From Candidatus Bathyarchaeia archaeon (GTDB lineage Archaea > Thermoproteota > Bathyarchaeia > Bathyarchaeales > Bathycorpusculaceae): a stretch of 25,940 nucleotides of DNA. This document shows positions 17,922 through 25,823 of this stretch, piece after piece. The stretch is from assembly GCA_050010515.1 (NCBI GenBank), contig JBEKKX010000036.1:1-25940 (forward strand), given 5' to 3'. The notes beneath the pieces were generated by a model that had not been told where the DNA came from, did not search any database, and saw nothing but the letters and a program-made list of their open reading frames with translations. Position 1 is the first letter of the stretch; every line of letters starts with the position of its first letter. Position numbers and translations under genes: made by a program.

Positions 17922-18479
17922 TTACATGTAAATTTTTAGAGTCTTGCTTTTTTGCAGTAGGAAGATTGCAAATGCACAGATTATAATGCTTGGCACCATG
18001 TAGATTCCGTTGTATACTGCGGAGTAAACGATTGGGCTCATGCCTGGCGGTGCGTACTGGGGAAAATAGATTACGCCTGAAGTAAAGTGAGACATGAAGC
18101 GTGCTGTACCGCCTACTACTACACCGATAACCGGACCAGCAACTGTAAGTTTTCGGAAGAATCCTGCAAGTCCAAGACATGCAAACGCTAATGGATAATC
18201 AAGAATGAATTGAGCAGGGTTAACAACGAAAGGCTCAATCGCAAGGTCAACTACGCCAAGCACGGCGCCTGCAAATATACCGATTTTTGGTCCTCTTCTA
18301 AGCGCCAGCCAAAAGATAGGCACCATCCCAAGGTTAATTGTCCCTCCTTGTGGCATGACGAAGAAGGAGTGGCTAACCAGAGCTAACGCTCCTGCCATTG
18401 CGACAAATACAATTATTTCTGCAAGTATCTTGGTTGAAAAAATACTATTATTTTTAGTCAGCTCAGTTTGTTGTTTCAT
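17922..18479 (-). CDS. thiT: ECF transporter S component ThiT (thiamine)
   Basis: MPQGGTI, LALRRGPKIG, QFILDYPLAF, RFMSHFTSGVIYF, YSAVYN. The real ATG is at 18479; the ORF-track extension to 18608 is the riboswitch. Confidence 0.92.
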   Translation of the reverse strand: MKQQTELTKNNSIFSTKILAEIIVFVAMAGALALVSHSFFVMPQGGTINLGMVPIFWLALRRGPKIGIFAGAVLGVVDLAIEPFVVNPAQFILDYPLAFACLGLAGFFRKLTVAGPVIGVVVGGTARFMSHFTSGVIYFPQYAPPGMSPIVYSAVYNGIYMVPSIIICAFAIFLLQKSKTLKIYM

Positions 18480-18483
18480 TTTT

Positions 18484-18575
18484 TTCCCTCCGCCAGTATT
18501 ATCTGGTTCAGGTTCTAAGGGTCGACAGCACTTAGCCGTCCTCTCAGCCGGGTCATTCTCCCAGCTCCCCGAGAA
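18484..18575 (-). promoter_or_regulatory. TPP riboswitch (THI element)
   Basis: Minus strand TTCTC-GGGGAGCTGGG...CCCGG-CTGAGA-GGACGGCTAAGTGCTGTCG-ACCCTTAGAACCTGAACCAGATAATACTGGCGGAGGGAA: all core TPP motifs, immediately 5' of the thiT ATG. Confidence 0.93.
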
Positions 18576-18719
18576 CTGTTTGAAAGAATTATTGCTGTTT
18601 CGTTGCATATTAGTTTTTCTAAAGCGTTGGTTTCAGCTGTTATTTGCTAAGAAGCATCGTTTTTTTTCGTTTGGTGGAAATGTAAAAATTAATTTACTCG
18701 TAAAATATTTCAGTAATTT

Positions 18720-18965
18720 ATGGCAGAGGAAATCGAGGGTACAATCAAGGTTTCATCTAAAGGTCAAGTAGTAATTCCCAGAGAGGTCCGCAAGAAATTG
18801 GGGGTGAAGGGCGGCGAGAAGCTTTTGGTGCTTACGCGGGATGGGGATATACTGCTTAGGAAAACTGGGGAATTATCCCTTGATGACATAGCTGAGAAAA
18901 TTGAGAAAGTAACCAAAGAACAATCTATTGACGTTGACAAGCTTGTGGCTGAGGCAGTCGAGTAG
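18720..18965 (+). CDS. AbrB/MazE family antitoxin (slightly truncated by a premature TAG)
   Basis: VSSKGQVVIPREVRKKLGVKGGEKL; the frame continues ARKSK* to 18983 after the TAG. Confidence 0.85.
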   Translation: MAEEIEGTIKVSSKGQVVIPREVRKKLGVKGGEKLLVLTRDGDILLRKTGELSLDDIAEKIEKVTKEQSIDVDKLVAEAVE

Positions 18966-19040
18966 GCAAGAAAGTCAAAGTAGTCTTCGACACGAATATT
19001 TGGTTTCAATCGTCATGAAAAAGATCCTTGGCAAACTGGC
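18962..19040 (+). pseudogene. PIN-domain (VapC-like) toxin remnant
   Basis: (GTA)GKKVKVVFDTNIW, then a 1-nt frameshift to VSIVMKKILGK; VVFDTN is the PIN first-strand motif; no further homology seen. Confidence 0.75.
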
Positions 19041-19075
19041 AGAAAAGGAGTCTCTATGTGGCGAAAAAAATTTGC

Positions 19076-19536
19076 CTATAACCCCTCGCAAATTTTATTT
19101 CTGACGTCGTCTGAAAGATTGAGGTTTAAATCTCTCAATTTGGCAATCAGATCTTCCATTGCCTTGATGCCATTGATAGCGTCAATTTTTGATGGAAAAT
19201 AGCCTTGATGTTTTACTTTATTATCAATATCAATAACTCTTTTTCTAACCTCATTTAAATAAAGATATGGCTCTACTTTGAATTTGTCTCCTTTTCAAGT
19301 TTGATAATTTTTAACAAATGCTCCACTACTGAAATTGCCTTATAACCATTCATGTCAGGCGAGTTTTGACTAGAAGAATTGAATAGCTCACTATATTCTG
19401 GCAAAGTTTCGTTTGATACTGCCATAAGGTTATTAAATTTCGCATAGTTACCAGGCAAGTATTTGAGAGAAGTTGTGGTTTTAGGCAATTCGGCTAATAC
19501 TAATAAAGCTAATTTTTCGAGTTTATCCAAATTCAT
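19076..19536 (-). pseudogene. Frameshifted HEPN-like protein
   Basis: ORF ...AISVVEHLLKIIKLEK continues in the -1 frame from 19294: KGDKFKVEPYLYLNEVRKRVIDIDNKVKHQGYFPSKIDAINGIKAMEDLIAKL...GL* (stop 19078-19076). NKVKH resembles the HEPN RNxxxH region but lacks the Arg. Confidence 0.55.
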
Positions 19537-19685
19537 AGTTCTTCGATCTTCTTTAAAGTTTCTAAGTTTAGTTATACGTATTAACAATTTTCTCTTTAAT
19601 ATTTTTTAATAAAAAAGGAGTTAAGGTCTTAAAGAGTCTTCTGAATTCTTTATCTAGACTACGGTTAGCAGAAAAGCAGAAAGTG

Positions 19686-20297
19686 CTATGTTATCCCTTT
19701 CTTTGTCTTAAGTTCCCTTATTCGAGCAGGTCTAACAAAAACTTCATCAAGTAATTCCGAAGTGAATTTTAGAATTTCCGAAGCATCCTCAAGTGTTACA
19801 TCTCTTAAAGGATCGTTTTGTGGGTGTGCACCCCAGTTACCAATCATTCTAATAGTATGTGCCATATCTTTTAGAGTTGGATTGATTATTCTTTTTGCTT
19901 CAAGTTCATCTATTTGGTCAATTAAATCAGCGTTTGGTGTCCCTTTTAACAAGCACGTGGTTTGCATTGCTCTTCGACACTGTGTCACTGTAGCTTTAGA
20001 AGCTGAAATGTTTTCACACTTGATTGCTTCTATAAGATCATCTGCTACTTCTTTTGGAATCGCCTCATTTACATTTGGTATTAAGCGTGGGTAATAATCA
20101 GTGATACTTTCTAATTCAACTATTACAGTCTGAGGATAATCCTCTTTTATATTCCAACTGTCAGGGACTTCAAAGTAAACAGGTTTTGAACATCCATTGC
20201 AATTTAGAACGAACGCACGATTTGACCCTTTCCCAAAAAAAGAGCATTTAGTGTGGCAATGCGGACACATGAAAGACTTAATGTAAATTGATGCCAA
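19686..20297 (-). CDS. DUF4145 (HEPN-like) protein with N-terminal zinc ribbon
   Basis: CPHC...CNGC; DLIEAIKC...ATVTQCRRAMQ...LIDQIDEL...IRMIGNWGAHP typical of DUF4145. Confidence 0.85.
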   Translation of the reverse strand: MASIYIKSFMCPHCHTKCSFFGKGSNRAFVLNCNGCSKPVYFEVPDSWNIKEDYPQTVIVELESITDYYPRLIPNVNEAIPKEVADDLIEAIKCENISASKATVTQCRRAMQTTCLLKGTPNADLIDQIDELEAKRIINPTLKDMAHTIRMIGNWGAHPQNDPLRDVTLEDASEILKFTSELLDEVFVRPARIRELKTKKGIT

Positions 20298-20444
20298 AGG
20301 TATTCTTCCTTATTTGCTTATCGCTTATTATTTGACAGCTTTGTTCTTTTAAGAGTTTGTTGTGTTTTGGTTTGCTAAATCTGTTGAGGTAGTTTGATGT
20401 TTACGCAGGTTGTGACAATAGCACCTAAATTATCGCATATTGCA

Positions 20445-21233
20445 TCAAAGTTTAATTGAAGAAAAGAAAGAATCTAATTCTATCTTAAGATCTTCACTCG
20501 ACTCATAACTTCGATATTCAATTCCTTTTAAATCCACTGGGACTTCAGACTCCTTATCTTTTATGAGAATAACACTTTTCCCTAAACCGTACGCTAGCCC
20601 CAACTCAAAGAGCACATTTGCGTTCCAGCCAGTTATATTCATAATAGCATATTTAGATTCTTGCAGATGCTCACAAATCTTACATAAAATATCTATGTTG
20701 TCGAAATCCTCATCTGCTTTCCAGCCTTTAAGACGATATTTCTCCAAAACTGGTCGTATGCCGTGTCTATAAGAATCATCAAACTTTGCTCTAAAAGGCA
20801 TTCCAATAAAAACTTGACGTGGATTGACCGCGATCTCTTTTGAACATAGAGCACCCATTTTAAAGCAATACGGTTTAGATTCTAAAGTAGGTCGGTTCAT
20901 TAGGGCTTGCACCTTTTCTTTGATAAATGGAATATCCCTTTTTTTAAGGTCGTCTGCATTATTGCCCATCCATTCAAAATTATCCTCGTCAAAATATCTT
21001 TCAACGAACATAAGATGCCGATTGAAATTAGAGAATGTCTCATCATAGAACTCTAAGGGCAACATATCTTTTAATGTATCAGTAGCTAGTTTCAATTTCT
21101 CGATTTGAGGTTTTATTTCATTCTTCTTTTCATGCTTAATTGCTAAAATCAAAGCATCTACGCTATCTTCTGTTTTATCAACCAGTTTTATGGTAGATAT
21201 TAGCGAGGACATAGAAGTCATAGTAACATACAA
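20445..21233 (-). CDS. Nucleoside 2-deoxyribosyltransferase-like / TIR-like domain protein
   Basis: C-terminal VFIGMPF...KADE...ILCKICEHLQESKYAIMNITGWNANVLFELGLAYGLGKSVILI...VPVDL; N-terminal helical domain unassigned. Confidence 0.8.
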   Translation of the reverse strand: MYVTMTSMSSLISTIKLVDKTEDSVDALILAIKHEKKNEIKPQIEKLKLATDTLKDMLPLEFYDETFSNFNRHLMFVERYFDEDNFEWMGNNADDLKKRDIPFIKEKVQALMNRPTLESKPYCFKMGALCSKEIAVNPRQVFIGMPFRAKFDDSYRHGIRPVLEKYRLKGWKADEDFDNIDILCKICEHLQESKYAIMNITGWNANVLFELGLAYGLGKSVILIKDKESEVPVDLKGIEYRSYESSEDLKIELDSFFSSIKL

Positions 21234-21459
21234 TCAAGCATTAAACATTTCTTCTTACAATGAACAAATGTAGGCATCTTTCGTAATGCATTACCTTGGC
21301 TAATTCCACTTCCAGTTTTCACACACTTACTAAAAAGTTGCCAAACAAACCGAAAATCATCATTTTTCGATATCTTCCTCAACCAGATCATTCTACTAAA
21401 CTATCGCCAGTCTTATTTAGGTGAAATGTTCAAATAGGAAATGCGCGCTAATCGAAAGC

Positions 21460-21534
21460 GCTGGAATGGTGTAATGGAAGCACAGCCAACGATTGGCAGG
21501 CTAGGCGGGTCCGATTCCCGCCACCATTCCACCA
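21460..21534 (+). ncRNA. Non-canonical tRNA-like RNA (tRNA mimic or pseudo-tRNA)
   Basis: Canonical D-arm TG-GTGT-AATGGAA-GCAC-A, stem GCCAA-CGA-TTGGC, T-arm GCGGG-TCCGATT-CCCGC, 3' CCACCA-TT-CCACCA; GC-rich within AT-rich DNA; TATA-like TTCAAATA at 21429-21436. Confidence 0.6.
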
Positions 21535-21559
21535 TATTGGTCATGAGTTGGGCAGTCTT

Positions 21560-22288
21560 ATGGACAATAATTATGTTTATCATTGCGAAAATCTGCGGAT
21601 GATAGAAAAAGCAATAACTAATGTCGAATTGGCTTTAAGGGACTATATATCCCTCAGCGACAATGCTAATACTCAAATATACACTCGAGTCCTCTCCCAA
21701 TTAGTCAACAGTTGGGTTGAAGTAAGATTACTTAAACTCGTTTATGAGCCAGATGCGTTTTCAGATGATAAGAAAGGCAAAATTATAACGACCTCACGTT
21801 TGGAAGATCAATGGAGAAGTGCACTCGACTGTGCGTTCTGTAAAGCGTTTTCCTTAAAGGATATTACAAAAATATCTTCCCCAAATGTTCGATATACCGC
21901 TCGAAAGCAGTATGAAGCAGTAAAGCAACTTATTGAAAAAGACCTTTTAGCGTCTTCTGAGGTGCGGAATAGAATAGCTCATGGTCAATGGAGGTATGCT
22001 TTTACTTCAGACTTGCAAAAAATCAATCCAGATCTAATGCGTGACATAAATAAGGAAAATATTCTAGTTTTACAATTTAGATTAGCTCTATTCAGAAGTC
22101 TATCTCAAATTATACATGACCTGGCGGTATCAAAAAAAACCTTTGAAAGAGACTTTGACAATAATTTCAAAAAGATAGAATCTCAGATAGTTAATGCAAA
22201 AAAGGTAAGTTTTACTGTGTACCAACAAAAAATGGTTAGAAAGAAACAAAGAGGGATTATTAAGAAAACTCAGAACCTTAAAACTTAA
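21560..22288 (+). CDS. HEPN-domain putative RNase
   Basis: N-terminal helix LVNSWVEVRLLKL and intact Rx4H motif EVRNRIAHGQW; ATG 21560 (alternative TTG 21548). Confidence 0.72.
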   Translation: MDNNYVYHCENLRMIEKAITNVELALRDYISLSDNANTQIYTRVLSQLVNSWVEVRLLKLVYEPDAFSDDKKGKIITTSRLEDQWRSALDCAFCKAFSLKDITKISSPNVRYTARKQYEAVKQLIEKDLLASSEVRNRIAHGQWRYAFTSDLQKINPDLMRDINKENILVLQFRLALFRSLSQIIHDLAVSKKTFERDFDNNFKKIESQIVNAKKVSFTVYQQKMVRKKQRGIIKKTQNLKT

Positions 22289-22581
22289 CTGTATTCTTCT
22301 AAACCATCATACGAGAATTTTAGCTGGGCATGAATGTTAAAAATGAGTCTGGCTCCATTTTGTTATGGCGTGTACAGCTATTATTGTCGTCTGTGCGCTT
22401 GCTAGGCGCTGCTGAGTCCTATGTCCTTAGATTGTTGTTGCATAGTTGTTCTATCTGATAACTGGCTGTTACCTAGTAAAGCAAAAAAACGCTGCCTCCG
22501 TTATATCCCGATGCGGGATAATGTTTTTAGGTGATATTTTAGTTTTCCTACCGTCATTACTAACGAGTAGGATTGATTAGT

Positions 22582-25065
22582 ATGCAGCCTTTGCCTAAAG
22601 ATTACAACTTTGCAGAAATAGAGCGTAAGTGGCAGCAGAAATGGGAAGAAATGGGCATCTACCATTACGACTGGAACGACAAGGAGCGGGTTCCCTACAG
22701 CATAGATACTCCGCCGCCTTATCCGTCAGGGGAACTTCACATGGGCAACGTGCTCAACTGGACCTACTTTGATATGGTAGCAAGGTACAAACGCATGCAA
22801 GGCTTCAACGTGCTCTTCCCGCAAGGCTGGGACTGCCACGGCTTAGGCATAGAAATCCAAGTTGAAAAAACATATAACATACGCAAACGAGACGTTCCGC
22901 CTGAACAGTTCCGAAACTGGTGCATGGAGCTGGTGGAAAAATACATTGCCATGATGAAAGAAGGCATTCTCAAGCTAGGCTGCAGCATAGATTGGACAAC
23001 AGAGTACCGCACAATGAACCCAGATTACTGGAGAAGAACGCAATTGAGCTTCATTTTGCTCTACAAAAAAGGCTACATGTACCAGGGCACGCACCCCGTG
23101 AACTGGTGCCCCAGAGATGAAACCGCCATTGCGGATGCTGAGGTAGATTATCAGAAACGCGAGGGCATTCTGCACTACATCCGTTTCCCATTCGAAGGCA
23201 CAAGCGACTACGCGTTAATCGCAACCAGCAGACCCGAGTTTATTCCTGCATGCGTCGCCATCGAAGCCAACCCAAACGACGAGCGATACGGCAAGTACGT
23301 TGGCAAAAAAATAGTTGTACCCATAGTCAACCGTTCAGTGACGGTTATCGCTGACGAATGCGTTGATCCAGCCTTTGGCACAGGAGTAGTCATGATATGC
23401 ACTTACGGCGACAAAGAAGATGTTAAAACAGTCATCAAACACAAGCTTCCCGTCATCATGCTTCTCACCGAGAATGGACGCATTAACGAGAACGGCGGCA
23501 AGTACGCTGGCTTAACCATAAACCAAGCGCGGGTAGCCATAGTTGAAGACCTCACAGCAGCTGGGTTGCTTGAGAAAACCGAGAAAATAACTCAGGAAGT
23601 AGGAGTTTGCGAGCGCTGCAAGACTCATGTGGAAATCCTTGAGCGAAAACAGTGGTTCATGAACACTCGCAAACTAACCGATGCCGTAGAAAAAACGGCG
23701 AACGAGATAGTTTGGTATCCTGATTACATGAAAAACCGTTTAATCGACTGGGCGAAATCGCTGGATTGGGACTGGGTAATTAGCCGCCAACGCCTTTTTG
23801 CCACGCCGATTCCAGTTTGGTACTGCAAAAACTGCGGCGAACTAATTCTAGCTAAAGAGGACTGGGTTCCCATAGACCCGAAACTTGAAAAACCACGCAT
23901 AGACAAGTGCCCAAAATGCGGCGGCAAAGACTTCGCTGGCGAACAAGACGTTTTCGACACTTGGATGGATTCGTCGATAACATGTGCTGTTCACGCTGGC
24001 TGGCCTGACCGAGCAGACTGGAAGCATCTTTTCCCAGCGGACGTTCATCCCTCAGGCACCGACATAATCAGGACTTGGGCGTATTACTTGATGGTTCGGC
24101 ACCTCGCACTTTTTGATGAAGAACCATTTAAGAGTTGCCTTATCAACGGCATGGTGCTTGGCTCAGACGGCAGAAAGATGAGTAAGTCGCTGAAGAATTA
24201 TGCTGCTGCACCTGAAGTGCTAAACAAGAACGGAGCCGATGCTACTAGGCAATGGGCTGCTGGCGGCGGAGCAACAGGCTCGGACATTCCTTATCGAGCG
24301 CAGGATGTTGAATATGGCAGACGCTTCTTAGTGAAATTGTGGAATGCTGCAGGTTTCACAAGCAAACTTCTAGCAAACTACAAGCCTGATGCAAAGGCCC
24401 ATTTTGAACTTCAGCCGTTAGATAAGTGGATTATTAGCAAAGCCGAAAACTTGACATTGAAGGTTTCGGAAGCTTTTGAAAAATGCCAATTTAACGTTGC
24501 CGTTGAAGAAATACGCAATTTCACATGGCATGTCTTCTGCGATTCTTACTTAGAAGCCATCAAAGATAGGCTTTATCGACAGGAGGTACAAGGAGAAACA
24601 AAGAGACAAGCTGCTCAACAGACGCTTTACGAAGTTTTGTATAGAATCTTACAATTACTAACGCCGGTGACGCCTCACTTGGCAGAGGAAATCTACCAAA
24701 ACATGTATGCTGAAGACAAAGGATTCAAAAGCCTGCAGATATCACCTTGGCCACGGTTTAACCAAGATATGGTGGATAAAAATGTCGAAGAGCAAGGAGA
24801 CAAGGTAATAGCATTAATCAACGAGGTCCGCAGAAAAAAAGCAGAGCAGCAGTTGCCATTGAATGTTCCTACTCTATCGCTTACAATCTATACGGGAAGT
24901 CAAGCAAATGCTGATATAATAACTGCCAGCAAGGACGATATTGCAGGAACGCTCAAGGTTACGGGCAATTTTAATATTATTCCAGAAGCAGGTTGCGGAA
25001 AAGAAGTAGCACAGTTTCCAGGAGTGATTCCTGTAGCCACTTTTGGGACGGTTACTAAAAAATGA
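22582..25065 (+). CDS. valS: Valine--tRNA ligase (archaeal type)
   Basis: IDTPPPYPSGELHMGN (HIGH), GWDCHGL, DWVISRQR, DTWMDSS, DIIRTWA, KMSKS. Confidence 0.97.
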   Translation: MQPLPKDYNFAEIERKWQQKWEEMGIYHYDWNDKERVPYSIDTPPPYPSGELHMGNVLNWTYFDMVARYKRMQGFNVLFPQGWDCHGLGIEIQVEKTYNIRKRDVPPEQFRNWCMELVEKYIAMMKEGILKLGCSIDWTTEYRTMNPDYWRRTQLSFILLYKKGYMYQGTHPVNWCPRDETAIADAEVDYQKREGILHYIRFPFEGTSDYALIATSRPEFIPACVAIEANPNDERYGKYVGKKIVVPIVNRSVTVIADECVDPAFGTGVVMICTYGDKEDVKTVIKHKLPVIMLLTENGRINENGGKYAGLTINQARVAIVEDLTAAGLLEKTEKITQEVGVCERCKTHVEILERKQWFMNTRKLTDAVEKTANEIVWYPDYMKNRLIDWAKSLDWDWVISRQRLFATPIPVWYCKNCGELILAKEDWVPIDPKLEKPRIDKCPKCGGKDFAGEQDVFDTWMDSSITCAVHAGWPDRADWKHLFPADVHPSGTDIIRTWAYYLMVRHLALFDEEPFKSCLINGMVLGSDGRKMSKSLKNYAAAPEVLNKNGADATRQWAAGGGATGSDIPYRAQDVEYGRRFLVKLWNAAGFTSKLLANYKPDAKAHFELQPLDKWIISKAENLTLKVSEAFEKCQFNVAVEEIRNFTWHVFCDSYLEAIKDRLYRQEVQGETKRQAAQQTLYEVLYRILQLLTPVTPHLAEEIYQNMYAEDKGFKSLQISPWPRFNQDMVDKNVEEQGDKVIALINEVRRKKAEQQLPLNVPTLSLTIYTGSQANADIITASKDDIAGTLKVTGNFNIIPEAGCGKEVAQFPGVIPVATFGTVTKK

Positions 25066-25796
25066 AGATCGTTGGTTTGATAGGGTGCGGTGCGATTGGC
25101 ACTGTACTGGCAGAAGCTATCGAACGAAAACTAGTAATCTGCGACGAGCTGGTTGTTTATGACTTTGACGCCTCAAAAGCACAAAAGCTTAAAACCGCAC
25201 TCAATTTTCCTGTTACAATTGTTGGAAGCGTTGATGAATTACTTGCACTAAAGCCTAAGGTTATTGTGGAAGCGGCGTCACAGCAAGCCGCAAAAGATTA
25301 CGTTCCAAAAATTGTTTCTGCAGGAATCGAGCTAATCGTTATGAGCACAGGCGCGCTTCTGGATTTGAATGTTGATTTGGGCAGGGTTCATGTTCCTTCA
25401 GGTGCTATCGGCGGCTTAGACGCACTCTCCAGTGCAGCCTTAGCTGGGATTGACGAGGTAATTTTGACTTCACGCAAGAACCCCAAAGCTTTAGGAACCG
25501 ACAGCAAAGAGGAAAAAATTGTTTACGAAGGCTACGCTGAAGAAGCGGCCAAGCTGTTCCCAAGGGAAATGAATGTTGCTGCCACTTTAGCGTTAACTGT
25601 TAAACCAGCCAAAGTAAAAGTACGAGTTGTCTCTGACCCTTCAGTTAAGCGTAACACACATGAGATTCAAGTTAAATGGCGGTTCGGCGAAATGTCCTTA
25701 CGCTTTGCGAACGACCCTCACCCGGATAATCCACATACAAGTGCATTGGCTGCATGGTCCGCCATTAAATTATTGCAGTCTCTTTTGAAAACCTAG
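25062..25796 (+). CDS. nadX: L-aspartate dehydrogenase
   Basis: GLIGCGAIG Rossmann motif, VEAASQQA, PSGAIGGLD, FPREMNVAATL, NTHEI, NPHTSALAAWS; ATGA overlap with valS. Confidence 0.92.
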   Translation: MKIVGLIGCGAIGTVLAEAIERKLVICDELVVYDFDASKAQKLKTALNFPVTIVGSVDELLALKPKVIVEAASQQAAKDYVPKIVSAGIELIVMSTGALLDLNVDLGRVHVPSGAIGGLDALSSAALAGIDEVILTSRKNPKALGTDSKEEKIVYEGYAEEAAKLFPREMNVAATLALTVKPAKVKVRVVSDPSVKRNTHEIQVKWRFGEMSLRFANDPHPDNPHTSALAAWSAIKLLQSLLKT

Positions 25797-25823
25797 CCAA
25801 TCTACTAAAAGTCAGGCGGAAAA

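Noticed and set aside
18480-18608. 43-aa N-terminal extension of ThiT in the ORF track
   Set aside because: It is the TPP riboswitch read in frame; the SD-preceded ATG is at 18479.
7509-18983. Stop-codon reassignment suggested by in-frame TAA/TAG in three small genes
   Set aside because: TAA and TAG terminate many intact genes in the window; point mutation or indel decay explains each case.
21218-21391. 57-codon minus-strand ORF (MIWLRKISK...) overlapping the start of the NDT-like gene
   Set aside because: No recognisable motif or RBS; plausible by chance.
21460-21534. Calling the element a functional tRNA-Ser(CGA)
   Set aside because: 3-nt loop with no U33, C at position 55, no long variable arm, and an irregular acceptor/T-stem junction.
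2819-24048. Remaining overlapping ORF-track entries inside the TA pair, MTase, pepF, aor, glpX, ATPase, rimK-like, DUF4145 and valS genes
   Set aside because: Antisense or alternate-frame shadows of well-supported genes, with no motifs.
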